Part shown: in pieces, positions 17,998 through 26,858 of the stretch
How the letters are laid out: every line of letters begins with the position of its first letter
Numbering within the stretch: position 1 is the stretch's first letter
Sequence record: PP496440.1
Length of the DNA: 64,000 nucleotides
Strand: one strand, 5' to 3'
Program-made: the position numbers and the translations under genes
Notes under the pieces: model-generated
The model's input: the letters and a program-made list of their open reading frames with translations, nothing else
The model's database searches: none
Told to the model about the DNA's origin: nothing

Positions 17998-20784
17998 TTA
18001 GGTAAAGTCTTTCTGTGCCAGCACCAGTGGAACGCCGACAGTATCCAGTGCTATCTGTGTGAACTCCTTCAATTCTGATCTGGTAAGCTTCCGGCTCAGC
18101 ATCACCCCATCGTGCTCTTGTGCTACCACGATGTCTTTGTGTCGCATGTTGAACTCTATCATCACCGCTTGCTCCATACCGCAGGTGATGAAGTGCAGCA
18201 GCTTCGACTTCTCCTTTTGTGTCGTCCACCCATTCAGCATCTTGTCAGTATAGAAGAAGGCCACTGACCCCAGCGCATTGCGAACGCTCACTGCACTGGC
18301 GGTAGCATTGTCTGGATCAAGCCCAGCGTCCTTGATTGATCTGGACAGCGACTTGTACAGGAAGTAGTTATGCTTGGCGATCAGGTCTCGATTGACCGGC
18401 AGCTTGACGTGTTCAGTTACCTTGTAGTCCGGGTGTGCAAGGATCATGCTGGGCAGTGCCTGCATCGTCCTGATCACGGGGAAGATCAACCGGTTGGTGG
18501 TGTAGATCAAAGCGATTGCCAGCTCCATCATCTTAATCTTGAGGGCTTGCACGTGGCTCTCATTCAACTCCAGTTCAATCGGTGCAACCAGACCACGGAT
18601 CAGTTTGTCTATGGTGTCGGGCACCACGGAAGATTTCAGGATGGACTCATGCGATGTCTTGAGGCTGGACCCGTACATGACAGAGAGGAACATCAGCTTA
18701 CAGACTCCGTCGATAACCCGGATGAACTCCTTCTCCTTGCGCCACGTCTGGCCGAGCGTTTCCCCCGCGCTTTTCCATACCTGATGCAGCGCCAGTCGGT
18801 CATTCCATCTTGACTCACTTCCAGACCACTTCGGTGCTCCGTATACCCCAGCTCTCCATGGGTTCCGTACCATGACCAGCGCCGACTCCAGCAGGCCTTT
18901 GAATCCGGAGTCTTCCATCTCAGTCAGCACATGATCCGTCCACGTCTTGGATTCGTACATGCCGAAGATGGTCAACGCGCTGTCCACGTCCCGGTCCGTG
19001 AGAAACACCTTCCCGTATTCGTCTATCGTCTCGATCAGTTCCTTGCGATACCTCTTAACCAGCCCACCGATCAACATCGGGTGGCAAGACTTGACATCGT
19101 AGTTGACGTATCCACTCTTGGTGAGGATCACCTGCTTGAGTTGGTTGGGCAGCGAACCAAAGCCCACCGGGGAGTTTATCCGGGGCGAGCGCAAGGTGGT
19201 GAAGTGATGTGCACGGTGCATGACGATCTGGTTGTGGCGGTCGCTGCTCCCTTGCTGGCAACCCAAGTTCTCCGGGTTGATCATGCGGGCCAGCGTGCGG
19301 AAGGCCCCGGAGGATATAGCGTCACCTGAGGTGTGGTGCATCCAGCTCAGCTCCGCAAGCAGGTCATTGACGGGTAGGCGTACGCTCTTGGTGGACAGCA
19401 TGCGGATGTAGGCTTTTACGTTGACCGGGACAACGGGCCGGGTCGAAAGGTTTATGTTGTCGCTGATCTCCTTGTACGTCGGGTTGTTCACCACGCAAGA
19501 CTGAACCATTGAAACCCGGCGTAACATCGTGCACGCCTTGATCGGCACGTTCTTATCATGGAACATGTACAGCTTGCCCGGCTGGCCGGTCAGGTTATCG
19601 TTCGCCACCAGAGACTCACCGTAGGGCAGCTGAGAACTGAATACCATAACAGCCTGCCCTCGTTCCGCGAACGCGTAGATCGCATTGGGCAGTACCCGGT
19701 TGCTACCCTTCAGATTGGTTAGCCAGCGGCCCAGCGGTTTCACGTCACGAGGCCGGCCCATCAAACGCCCATGTAGGTAGGCGTCAACCTTATCCATGTA
19801 CGAGTCAACGAACTGCGTGACCACGGGACCAGGTTCGAACGTGAATGTCTTGTGCTTCCAGTAGTCTGCCTCCGTGGTCACGGCCATCAGCCCCATGGTC
19901 TCCAGCACAGCGCGCACGGTGTCCCAGTGATACGTCATCTGACCTTTCTTCGATCCTTCGATGTTCCGCCAGTTGATCAGATTGTTGAACCGTTTTTCAC
20001 CTTGATGCGAGCCGAGCCCGTAGCCTTCCTTGACCTGATCCTTCTTGATCGCGAACTGGGTATCGTGGCTATGATCCAGATCAACGTGCAGGAACCGGGA
20101 AACAGACCGAGCGTGGTTCAGTTCCATGGGGAACGCCAGCTTGTTGGTCAGGTCCTTGGGGTTGAACGCAGGGTTCCATTGAAAGCCGTCCTTGGAGGTT
20201 CCCTTGTGCACGGCGGACACTAGATGCCGGGCCATTGAGTCGCGGGAGTCGAAGTGGCCTTTGTCGTTCACCTTATCCAGCAGCATGGGATATGCCACGA
20301 CAAGGCGGGCGATCAGGAAGGCGAAGCAGTAGGCAGCAGACGGGCCGGGCGCACAGTTGCGCTCCGCCATCTTCTGGAGGAAGGTTTCGTACTGATCAAG
20401 TATGAAGTAGCCCAGACCGGGGGTGACGGCTACCGGCAGGCCAACGACGCGGCTGTCCAGCCAGCTCTTGCCACTGGGGTACAGGTTGTGCTTGGGGTTC
20501 AGCGAAGGTTCAACCACCATCATCCGCACATAGGGGACGTAGGACTGCACCCATTCAACGTTGGATTGATCTTTAGCTTCGGGGAAGTCACGGGTTACCT
20601 TTCCCACTTTGGCAATGAGATCAGTATTGAAGCGCCCTACATCCTTTACCTCAGGGGCCAGTGCGGGGTTTAGTCGAGCCGTAGCCTTGATGATGGGTAC
20701 TTGGTCATACACGGGATACAAGTCTAGGGGCTTGGACAGTATGCCTGCATATTCCTTTTCCGAGAGTGGGGTGTAATCAGCCAT
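17998..20784 (-). CDS. superfamily-A-related polymerase (TV-Pol-like) with long uncharacterised N-terminus
   Basis: Motif A-like YDVKSCHP, motif B-like CKLMFLSVMYG, motif C-like QEHDGVML in correct order in the C-terminal half; no exonuclease motifs seen. Confidence 0.6.
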   Translation of the reverse strand: MADYTPLSEKEYAGILSKPLDLYPVYDQVPIIKATARLNPALAPEVKDVGRFNTDLIAKVGKVTRDFPEAKDQSNVEWVQSYVPYVRMMVVEPSLNPKHNLYPSGKSWLDSRVVGLPVAVTPGLGYFILDQYETFLQKMAERNCAPGPSAAYCFAFLIARLVVAYPMLLDKVNDKGHFDSRDSMARHLVSAVHKGTSKDGFQWNPAFNPKDLTNKLAFPMELNHARSVSRFLHVDLDHSHDTQFAIKKDQVKEGYGLGSHQGEKRFNNLINWRNIEGSKKGQMTYHWDTVRAVLETMGLMAVTTEADYWKHKTFTFEPGPVVTQFVDSYMDKVDAYLHGRLMGRPRDVKPLGRWLTNLKGSNRVLPNAIYAFAERGQAVMVFSSQLPYGESLVANDNLTGQPGKLYMFHDKNVPIKACTMLRRVSMVQSCVVNNPTYKEISDNINLSTRPVVPVNVKAYIRMLSTKSVRLPVNDLLAELSWMHHTSGDAISSGAFRTLARMINPENLGCQQGSSDRHNQIVMHRAHHFTTLRSPRINSPVGFGSLPNQLKQVILTKSGYVNYDVKSCHPMLIGGLVKRYRKELIETIDEYGKVFLTDRDVDSALTIFGMYESKTWTDHVLTEMEDSGFKGLLESALVMVRNPWRAGVYGAPKWSGSESRWNDRLALHQVWKSAGETLGQTWRKEKEFIRVIDGVCKLMFLSVMYGSSLKTSHESILKSSVVPDTIDKLIRGLVAPIELELNESHVQALKIKMMELAIALIYTTNRLIFPVIRTMQALPSMILAHPDYKVTEHVKLPVNRDLIAKHNYFLYKSLSRSIKDAGLDPDNATASAVSVRNALGSVAFFYTDKMLNGWTTQKEKSKLLHFITCGMEQAVMIEFNMRHKDIVVAQEHDGVMLSRKLTRSELKEFTQIALDTVGVPLVLAQKDFT

Positions 20785-21600
20785 TGGATAGCTCGCGTAT
20801 TACCGGAGTGAATGGAATTGAGCGTTATCAGCCCATTTACCAGACTATATACAGAGTATCTTATGGGGGTTAAAAAGGACCATCTTGCAATTATTTGGGT
20901 CATTAATTCCCTTCCAGACCATAAACCTCTATCTGTGGATACGGGGGTAGTTAGCCCTAGATACATCCCTATTACCTGTGTATATTGCCCATGTAGACTC
21001 TATTCCCCTATCGGGAAGTATAACCTCGAAAAAGGTTCCTAGCTTGCATGGGCTGGCCCACCCACCCCCGTGGCCCACCCGACCGCCCGGTTAAGGCCAT
21101 ACCTAGGGATTCCTTTCTCCCAGAGGGACCCCCAGCCGCCCATCCTTCCCCTGCTCCTCCCTTTCCTTCATCATCTACACCCACCCAGCTATTGACTTAC
21201 CATCTAGTGATCCTCCTTCCTCCAGCTTCTACATAGGCAGTTAGCTTCCCCATGCCTCTAAGCTCCTCCGCTTCATCATGCACTTATGCTCTGTAGTACT
21301 GATTCCCCACATGCCCGTGACTTATGCTCTGGTGTCAGTATTCCCAGCCTCCCAGGTGAAAGGGTGTCCATGCGCTGGGGAGTTGTCCGGGGAATAGCGC
21401 CCGTGGATAGGGCTTCCAGGCGTGCGATACGGGGAGTTTTCCGGGTATGGATGAGTCAGTATGGCGGGGAATGGGGATCGAAGCGCCTGCGAGCTTGTAG
21501 GAGCCCGTGGTTATTGGCTGGATACACGGGGCGGGGCGTGGGTTTCCTGCGGAGGTGAAAAAGCCCGCACGGCTTGGGACCGATACGGGCTCTGGTATTA
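20785..21600. other. long non-coding region: AT-rich block, then C-rich/G-rich skew switch with G4 motifs; candidate replication origin
   Basis: No ORF with phage codon usage; AT-rich ~20800-21040, C-rich + strand ~21050-21340, G-rich + strand ~21360-21560. Confidence 0.4.
21559..21591 (-). terminator. intrinsic terminator of early-gene block
   Basis: On the minus strand AGCCCGT...GCGGGCTTTTTCACCT. Confidence 0.65.
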
Positions 21601-21792
21601 CTTGACGTACTCGGGATGCCTCACTTGTGGGTGACACACGAAGTCAACGGCCTGCACTGGTAAGATGAGTGGCACCGTGCCCTTGTACTTGCGGATCAGC
21701 TGGGTGTATATCTCACCGTCCCACTTGCCCAGCTCGTTCACCTGACTAACTCTCTCATCTATAGAGAGCCTGATTGCCGCTGACCAGCAGTC

Positions 21793-21888
21793 TTACTTGG
21801 CAATGGGTCCGTCGAACGTCTGGATCGGCGTGTAGCCGTTGTGCAACGCGGTGTAGACCGCGAGCATCAGGAAGTAGCCCGTGTTCAT
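21793..21888 (-). CDS. small hydrophobic peptide (31 aa)
   Basis: MNTGYFLMLAVYTALHNGYTPIQTFDGPIAK, ATGA-coupled to the upstream gene; below track cut-off. Confidence 0.4.
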   Translation of the reverse strand: MNTGYFLMLAVYTALHNGYTPIQTFDGPIAK

Positions 21889-22382
21889 TTGAGTATCTCG
21901 ATAGGTGGCTTCTCAGCATCGAGACTCGGGTGGGGCTTCGGTGCTGCCGTCTGTGTGCTGCCCCTCCGCTGGCTCAGGATGATCTCGTACAGCTCGCCGC
22001 CCGGTTTCAACGTGTCGGGGTTCTCAGTGTGCAGCACCGCGATCAGATCCATGATGTCCGTGTTGTGTCCCAGTTCCGCCGACGGGATCATCTGGAATTC
22101 CTGACTCACGCCGGGGATCGGATCTTGCGGTCGGTACAGCGCGACCACCCTGCCTTTGCCCGGCTCGGCGCCCAGCTTGCTACCGTCTCGTCCCACCCAC
22201 ATCTCACGGGAGCCCGGCACACTAGCTGGCACGTATTCGATAGAACCTTCAGGGTAATGCGCGGAGAACGTGGCAACGAACCACCGCGAACTGCCCTTGT
22301 AGCAGCGGAACGGTTTGGTCTCTCTGGCGTGACGGGTCAGTGGGTTGTTCATAGGCGTAGAGTGTTCGACGATCAGTGACAT
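21885..22382 (-). CDS. hypothetical early protein (165 aa)
   Basis: Conserved leader plus GAGGAA SD. Confidence 0.65.
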   Translation of the reverse strand: MSLIVEHSTPMNNPLTRHARETKPFRCYKGSSRWFVATFSAHYPEGSIEYVPASVPGSREMWVGRDGSKLGAEPGKGRVVALYRPQDPIPGVSQEFQMIPSAELGHNTDIMDLIAVLHTENPDTLKPGGELYEIILSQRRGSTQTAAPKPHPSLDAEKPPIEILK

Positions 22383-22416
22383 GGTGTATTCCTCTTCGGG
22401 GTAGTGGGGGCTGCGG

Positions 22417-22743
22417 TTAGTCGTTGAATTCTTTGGGATCGAAGCCGTGCCGTTCGCACCAATCTCGGCGCTCCACGCTCAAGTCGCGGCCCTGATCTTT
22501 TTGCAATGCGCCCCGGCGGACCCACTCGACCAGGTCCCCCATACGCTCCCAGCGCTGGAAGCCTTGGTAGAAGTCCTCCAGATCCGCGGTGTTGTCCTTG
22601 ATCAGTTGCGCGATGTGGACGGAAGGAGATGTCAGCGTCATCAGCTCGGCGTGGTCTTTCGCGAACTGGGCCAGCTTGTCGCCCACCCACTTGTCAGCTT
22701 TGATCTGCAATTCGGTTGGGCCAAGTTCTGCTTCGTCGATCAT
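22417..22743 (-). CDS. hypothetical early protein (108 aa)
   Basis: GAGGAA SD, phage codon usage. Confidence 0.65.
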   Translation of the reverse strand: MIDEAELGPTELQIKADKWVGDKLAQFAKDHAELMTLTSPSVHIAQLIKDNTADLEDFYQGFQRWERMGDLVEWVRRGALQKDQGRDLSVERRDWCERHGFDPKEFND

Positions 22744-22755
22744 GGTGTGTTCCTC

Positions 22756-23292
22756 TTAGTATTTCTTGATGTTCTGGCGTGCGGATGTGAGTGGTTCGTA
22801 CGGCGGTGTCTCAAACCACGATACCGGATTTCCGCGTTGCAGCCCCTGCGACCACCCGGCATAGAAGTCTTCCTTAACCGAGGACTGGCGGCGGTTGGTG
22901 ATCTCAATGCGTCCGGTTGTCATCAGAGTCTTGATGTCCACGAAACCCGCACGCTCAACCTCGATGTCAACTTTGCTCCAGTGCTCTTTCGTCTTGGCGA
23001 AGTCGGACACGGCTTTCGGCTTGAACAGTTTCTTGTCGGTGAAGTACACAGCGGGGTTGTTGATCTTTCCCAGTTTCCTGTCGGCTTTGCGGGTTTGGTA
23101 CACGGCCTCTCTAACTACGCTGCCGATATCTGCTGCACCAATACGTGCACCCAGACATTGCCATACGGTCGGGGAGAAACACACGCGCAGCGTCTCGGCG
23201 CATTCATCGTGATTCCTCCCGGATGGCACCTTGGCTTTCAGGGTGACGTGCTTGCCAATGTCTTTTTCAGACACGTGATAAAAGCGTGGCAT
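22756..23292 (-). CDS. hypothetical early protein (178 aa)
   Basis: AAGGAG SD; RFYHVS...RVCFSPTVWQCL pattern is faintly ADP-ribosyltransferase-like, unconfirmed. Confidence 0.6.
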   Translation of the reverse strand: MPRFYHVSEKDIGKHVTLKAKVPSGRNHDECAETLRVCFSPTVWQCLGARIGAADIGSVVREAVYQTRKADRKLGKINNPAVYFTDKKLFKPKAVSDFAKTKEHWSKVDIEVERAGFVDIKTLMTTGRIEITNRRQSSVKEDFYAGWSQGLQRGNPVSWFETPPYEPLTSARQNIKKY

Positions 23293-23301
23293 GGGGACTC
23301 C

Positions 23302-23526
23302 TTACTCTTGGCGCAGTTTAGCGTTGAGTGTGGCGGTCCCTCTGCTGAGGATTTTCACTCGATCAACGTGGTCTAGACCTTGCTCCACCCGACTGAGTGA
23401 CTTGGGGTCTATGTCGATCAGGGTCGCTAACTGGCCGGAGCTTACGCCAGCCTTGATACGCAGCGCACGCAGTGCAGCACCATGGGCAATCTGACGCATG
23501 CGGGCTGGGGTTTGGATAGATGGCAT
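23302..23526 (-). CDS. XRE/Cro-type helix-turn-helix protein
   Basis: GAALRALRIKAGVSSGQLATLIDIDPKSLSRVEQG. Confidence 0.8.
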   Translation of the reverse strand: MPSIQTPARMRQIAHGAALRALRIKAGVSSGQLATLIDIDPKSLSRVEQGLDHVDRVKILSRGTATLNAKLRQE

Positions 23527-23575
23527 ATTGCATTCCTCTTGGGATAGTGGTGCGCCGTCCGTGGCGCGTTGTCGC

Positions 23576-23737
23576 TTAGTTGATGGCCGGGAATTCGATC
23601 AGCAAATCCTTCACCTCTTGCACCGACAGCGGCAAGCCGGTGATGGGGTGAACTCTCTCGTCCCGGATGATGTCGCGCAGCCGCTGGCGCTGCTCACGGG
23701 GCGATTGGGCCTTACTGGGGGTTTTGCGTGCTGGCAT
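23576..23737 (-). CDS. small early protein (53 aa)
   Basis: MPARKTPSKAQSPREQRQRLRDIIRDERVHPITGLPLSVQEVKDLLIEFPAIN; first gene after a sigma70 promoter, with conserved leader; not in track. Confidence 0.6.
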   Translation of the reverse strand: MPARKTPSKAQSPREQRQRLRDIIRDERVHPITGLPLSVQEVKDLLIEFPAIN

Positions 23738-23784
23738 GGTGGGGCTTCCTATTGGACAGTGGGGCGGCAGCGTGCCGCACGTGC

Positions 23785-23814
23785 ATGATATCAGAGGGGA
23801 ACCATGGGTGTCAA
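23785..23814 (-). promoter_or_regulatory. sigma70-type promoter (extended -10)
   Basis: TTGACA-N18-TATCAT with TGn. Confidence 0.7.
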
Positions 23815-23835
23815 CACCCGACCGACGCAGGTGAA

Positions 23836-23868
23836 AAAGCCCACGCAGCGGTTAGGCAGGTGGGCTTT
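23836..23868 (-). terminator. intrinsic terminator with CCTAACCG loop
   Basis: AAAGCCCAC...CCTAACCG...GTGGGCTTTTTCACCT on the minus strand. Confidence 0.7.
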
Positions 23869-23870
23869 GG

Positions 23871-24161
23871 TCAAACTAATCTCAATACCGGCTTGGGTTT
23901 TTCACCTAAATCAACGGACGCGTGCAGTTCCAGATCAAGTGCGAGCCGTATCACGTCTGAGTAGGGTTCACGAGAATGCGCCCAAACGTCTGGCAGTGTC
24001 GTACGATAGATGTGGACAATCGTGTGAAGCTCTTCCTTGGCGTGAACACCTGCCCGCATCAACTGAGTAACCCGTGCACGCACCTTGGGTGTGATCCACG
24101 TGATCAGATCCTCATACGTTCCGGTCCAGATCATCACCTGATGATTAACGCGCTTCGCCAC
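23871..24161 (-). CDS. hypothetical protein (96 aa)
   Basis: ORF in coupled minus-strand run. Confidence 0.55.
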   Translation of the reverse strand: MAKRVNHQVMIWTGTYEDLITWITPKVRARVTQLMRAGVHAKEELHTIVHIYRTTLPDVWAHSREPYSDVIRLALDLELHASVDLGEKPKPVLRLV

Positions 24162-24486
24162 TGGACACCTCTTTGTTGGTCAGTACCCAGCCGATGCTCA
24201 GGACCAGACGTGGCCCATGGCAAAGAACTCGGTGTCGGTTGATGTCCGGTCGGAACAAGTTGAAGCGCCCCTTGATCTTGGCTTCGGGACATTGGAATGA
24301 GGACGTTGACCCCTTGAGCACGATGTTCAGACGCCAGTGCCGCTTGCCCTCTACAGGATCAACATGCCACGCGATGCCTTGCTTGTCCATGTACCGGATA
24401 AGATAGCAGTCACCTGAACGCCATTGGAACAGCAGCATCTTGCGGTACTGCCCGGCCCGACCTTGAACCCACGTGAACCATTTCAT
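24145..24486 (-). CDS. hypothetical protein (113 aa), possibly cupin-like
   Basis: WHVDP...WRLNIVL...FRPD...HRV pattern suggests a double-stranded beta-helix; weak. Confidence 0.5.
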   Translation of the reverse strand: MKWFTWVQGRAGQYRKMLLFQWRSGDCYLIRYMDKQGIAWHVDPVEGKRHWRLNIVLKGSTSSFQCPEAKIKGRFNLFRPDINRHRVLCHGPRLVLSIGWVLTNKEVSSGEAR

Positions 24487-24815
24487 TTTGAAGACTCCGC
24501 CAGTGGCTTCCCTGATACAACAAACCAGAATCCGCTTTCCTCATCCACTTCGAACTCAGTCAGCGTGCCTTTGCTATTGGTCAGTAGAGAGACTCTACGA
24601 ATAAGGTTAGTACGATCGAAGAACACCTTAAGATAAGGCCCGTTATTGTCCGTGATCAACATAGGCCTGTCATAGTCGAACGGGATTATCACACCTGAAA
24701 GGGCGGAGCCTACATGAAGAGGGTAATGCTCAGGACCTTTATAGTCCTCGGGAGGATTGGTAGTTTCTTCAGGTACGTAGTAACCGAATCTACCTTTAAC
24801 TACCTTGATTGACAT
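24483..24815 (-). CDS. hypothetical protein (110 aa)
   Basis: Start MSIKVV at 24815 after GGAGG. Confidence 0.5.
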   Translation of the reverse strand: MSIKVVKGRFGYYVPEETTNPPEDYKGPEHYPLHVGSALSGVIIPFDYDRPMLITDNNGPYLKVFFDRTNLIRRVSLLTNSKGTLTEFEVDEESGFWFVVSGKPLAESSK

Positions 24816-25134
24816 TACCGCCTCCGGATACTGACTCGATGGCAATTATCTCGGCACCTATGAGCAGGCTCTTCAGCCATTCCTCACCACGCTCGTCTCC
24901 GTCTTCTACCCGAGTGTCTCCCATCATAATGAATGGGCAGTCGTTGTGCACCTCGAGCCGGTCGTAGACTATACCCACGGCAGAATCGATGACATCCCAG
25001 CCAGTACAATTGCCGCCGATCTTCACTTCCATGACAGCGCGGAGCAACCCACATGCGAAGGTAAGCTGTACGGTCTGGAGGCAATTGCCCATAGTGTAGA
25101 ACTTACCCATCTGTTCGTGATCATAGTTCAACAT
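24796..25134 (-). CDS. hypothetical protein (112 aa)
   Basis: Start MLNYDH at 25134 by TAATG coupling to the GNAT stop. Confidence 0.55.
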   Translation of the reverse strand: MLNYDHEQMGKFYTMGNCLQTVQLTFACGLLRAVMEVKIGGNCTGWDVIDSAVGIVYDRLEVHNDCPFIMMGDTRVEDGDERGEEWLKSLLIGAEIIAIESVSGGGNVNQGS

Positions 25135-25958
25135 TAGTCTGTCCTCTTGATGTTGCCGGGTAGGGTGTAGGACCACGGCTTGACGTAATCTGCCGGGCGG
25201 GTGTAGCCTATCAGGTCGGTACCTTCGTACGGGCCGTGCTTCCACGGATCGGTAATCTCTGCGCGTTCAAACCCGATGGACTCGTACAGCTTGATCGCAC
25301 CTTCGTTGTCCGGATCCACGTTGAGATGGTGTGGCAGTCCTTGGGTCAGTTCCCAAGACAGCAGGAAGTCCAGCATGCCGCTGGCGACACCGCGACGGCG
25401 GTAGTCTGGATCAACACTGATCTCCTTGACGAAGCACGCATCCACCTTCTCGCTGTCCTCGTCTTCCTTGAACATCACAACGTCCATCAGTCCGACGACC
25501 TTGTTGTGCGCGGTAACTGATACCCGTATCTCTTCCTGATCCGGTATATCACCGCTCCAGCCATTCCATCTGGCCATGGTCACGGTGTACAGATTGTGTT
25601 GCCCGTCGTGCTTGGGACTGTGCACCTGATGCAGTGCCCGTGCATTCTTCAACTCCATCTTGTCGCCGGGCTTGATGACCGGGAATTCCAGATGCTTGAT
25701 TTCCTTTTCAAGCATGATACCAATCTCGGAGTCTTTCGCTTTCTTGTCTTTGATGGTGGCTCGGTACACTGTGTCTGTGTCCGTGTTGTAAACATCCACC
25801 TTATCCGTCATCACCGTAATAGACGGCACAGCGGACCAGATGTACTCTTTGCAATGAGCTTTATCCGGGAATGCGAAGCCAACGGACTCGCCGTCTACAA
25901 TGACCAGCCACGGGCAATGGCCGGGATGCGGAAACCGAAGGATCTTTTGTGTGGGCAT
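25134..25958 (-). CDS. GNAT (RimI-like) acetyltransferase with N-terminal extension
   Basis: ISVDPDYRRRGVASGML (acetyl-CoA motif A) and NVDPDNEGAIKLYESIGF (motif B). Confidence 0.85.
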   Translation of the reverse strand: MPTQKILRFPHPGHCPWLVIVDGESVGFAFPDKAHCKEYIWSAVPSITVMTDKVDVYNTDTDTVYRATIKDKKAKDSEIGIMLEKEIKHLEFPVIKPGDKMELKNARALHQVHSPKHDGQHNLYTVTMARWNGWSGDIPDQEEIRVSVTAHNKVVGLMDVVMFKEDEDSEKVDACFVKEISVDPDYRRRGVASGMLDFLLSWELTQGLPHHLNVDPDNEGAIKLYESIGFERAEITDPWKHGPYEGTDLIGYTRPADYVKPWSYTLPGNIKRTD

Positions 25959-25963
25959 GACAC

Positions 25964-26296
25964 TTACCTCGAAGGGGCAGGGGATTTGATTGGTGTCACC
26001 AGCTTAAGACCGGGCGAACTGGCATTCAGACGTGGGACCGGGTTGATGGTCATCTTGGTCAACGGTGTCAATCCCAGCACACGGACTACTTCTTCCGGCA
26101 GCTCGGCACGCGTCCACACAACTACGTCTGGAGACACAGTGGACATCACGTAGATGGGCAAGTCATTGATCGCCCGTGCTTCCACTCGGTGCACGGTCTT
26201 CAGCCGGTCCAGTGCTTCCTTGGTCAGAAAGGTGGTGAGTGACTCGACGCTACCCATCCAGGTCATGATGGGGATGTTGCGACTAGTAGAATTCAT
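25964..26296 (-). CDS. hypothetical protein (110 aa)
   Basis: Coupled ORF. Confidence 0.5.
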   Translation of the reverse strand: MNSTSRNIPIMTWMGSVESLTTFLTKEALDRLKTVHRVEARAINDLPIYVMSTVSPDVVVWTRAELPEEVVRVLGLTPLTKMTINPVPRLNASSPGLKLVTPIKSPAPSR

Positions 26297-26502
26297 TGTT
26301 CAATCCCTTGATCGAGTGGGGTTTCAAGTCTGGAGATAACCGAGTTCAACCAGATGATGCGGTTGTTGTAGCGCTGTTTCAGACGGCCTACCGGTGGATT
26401 ATTCCCTTGCAGCACCCCGCACATTCTTTGCAGCTCAAGGCGAAGGGAAGCAATAGCCTGCTCGACGTGATTGCGGTCAGGATTAGAGTTCTCAGTGCTC
26501 AT
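26293..26502 (-). CDS. hypothetical coiled-coil protein (69 aa)
   Basis: AAAGGA SD; heptad pattern. Confidence 0.5.
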   Translation of the reverse strand: MSTENSNPDRNHVEQAIASLRLELQRMCGVLQGNNPPVGRLKQRYNNRIIWLNSVISRLETPLDQGIEQ

Positions 26503-26516
26503 GTATCTTTCCTTTA

Positions 26517-26858
26517 TTACGGTTGGGTCAATGCAGATTCAAGTTTCTTGTAGCATGCTGCGACGATTCCTCTGGACATGCGGTCAGCCGCCCAAGAGTT
26601 TTGTAGCAGCAAGTGACTGTAGTGGAACAGATCACCTTGGAGCAACAAGTCGGACAGTTCCATCCGGTTAGCCAGATGAATAGAATAGTCCTCGTCTGCC
26701 AGATCTGCCACCTTCGGACCCCACGTGGCAATCACAGCATCGAGATTGGTTGGAACGACGGCCAGTGTCAGCACCGTCTCTCCCTTCACAACACGCAGCC
26801 CCGCCAGCGTCTTGCTCACATACCGTTCAATGGTGATGCTCATATCAGATGTCCGCAA
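26517..26858 (-). CDS. hypothetical protein (113 aa)
   Basis: Coupled ORF. Confidence 0.5.
   Translation of the reverse strand: MRTSDMSITIERYVSKTLAGLRVVKGETVLTLAVVPTNLDAVIATWGPKVADLADEDYSIHLANRMELSDLLLQGDLFHYSHLLLQNSWAADRMSRGIVAACYKKLESALTQP

Noticed and set aside
17998-20784. Main replicative DNA polymerase I-like enzyme
   Set aside because: No 3'-5' or 5'-3' exonuclease motifs, and polymerase motifs deviate (HDG); better described as TV-Pol-like.
21597-21743. Possible ~48-aa GTG-start ORF on the minus strand
   Set aside because: No clear SD or ATG; too weak to call.
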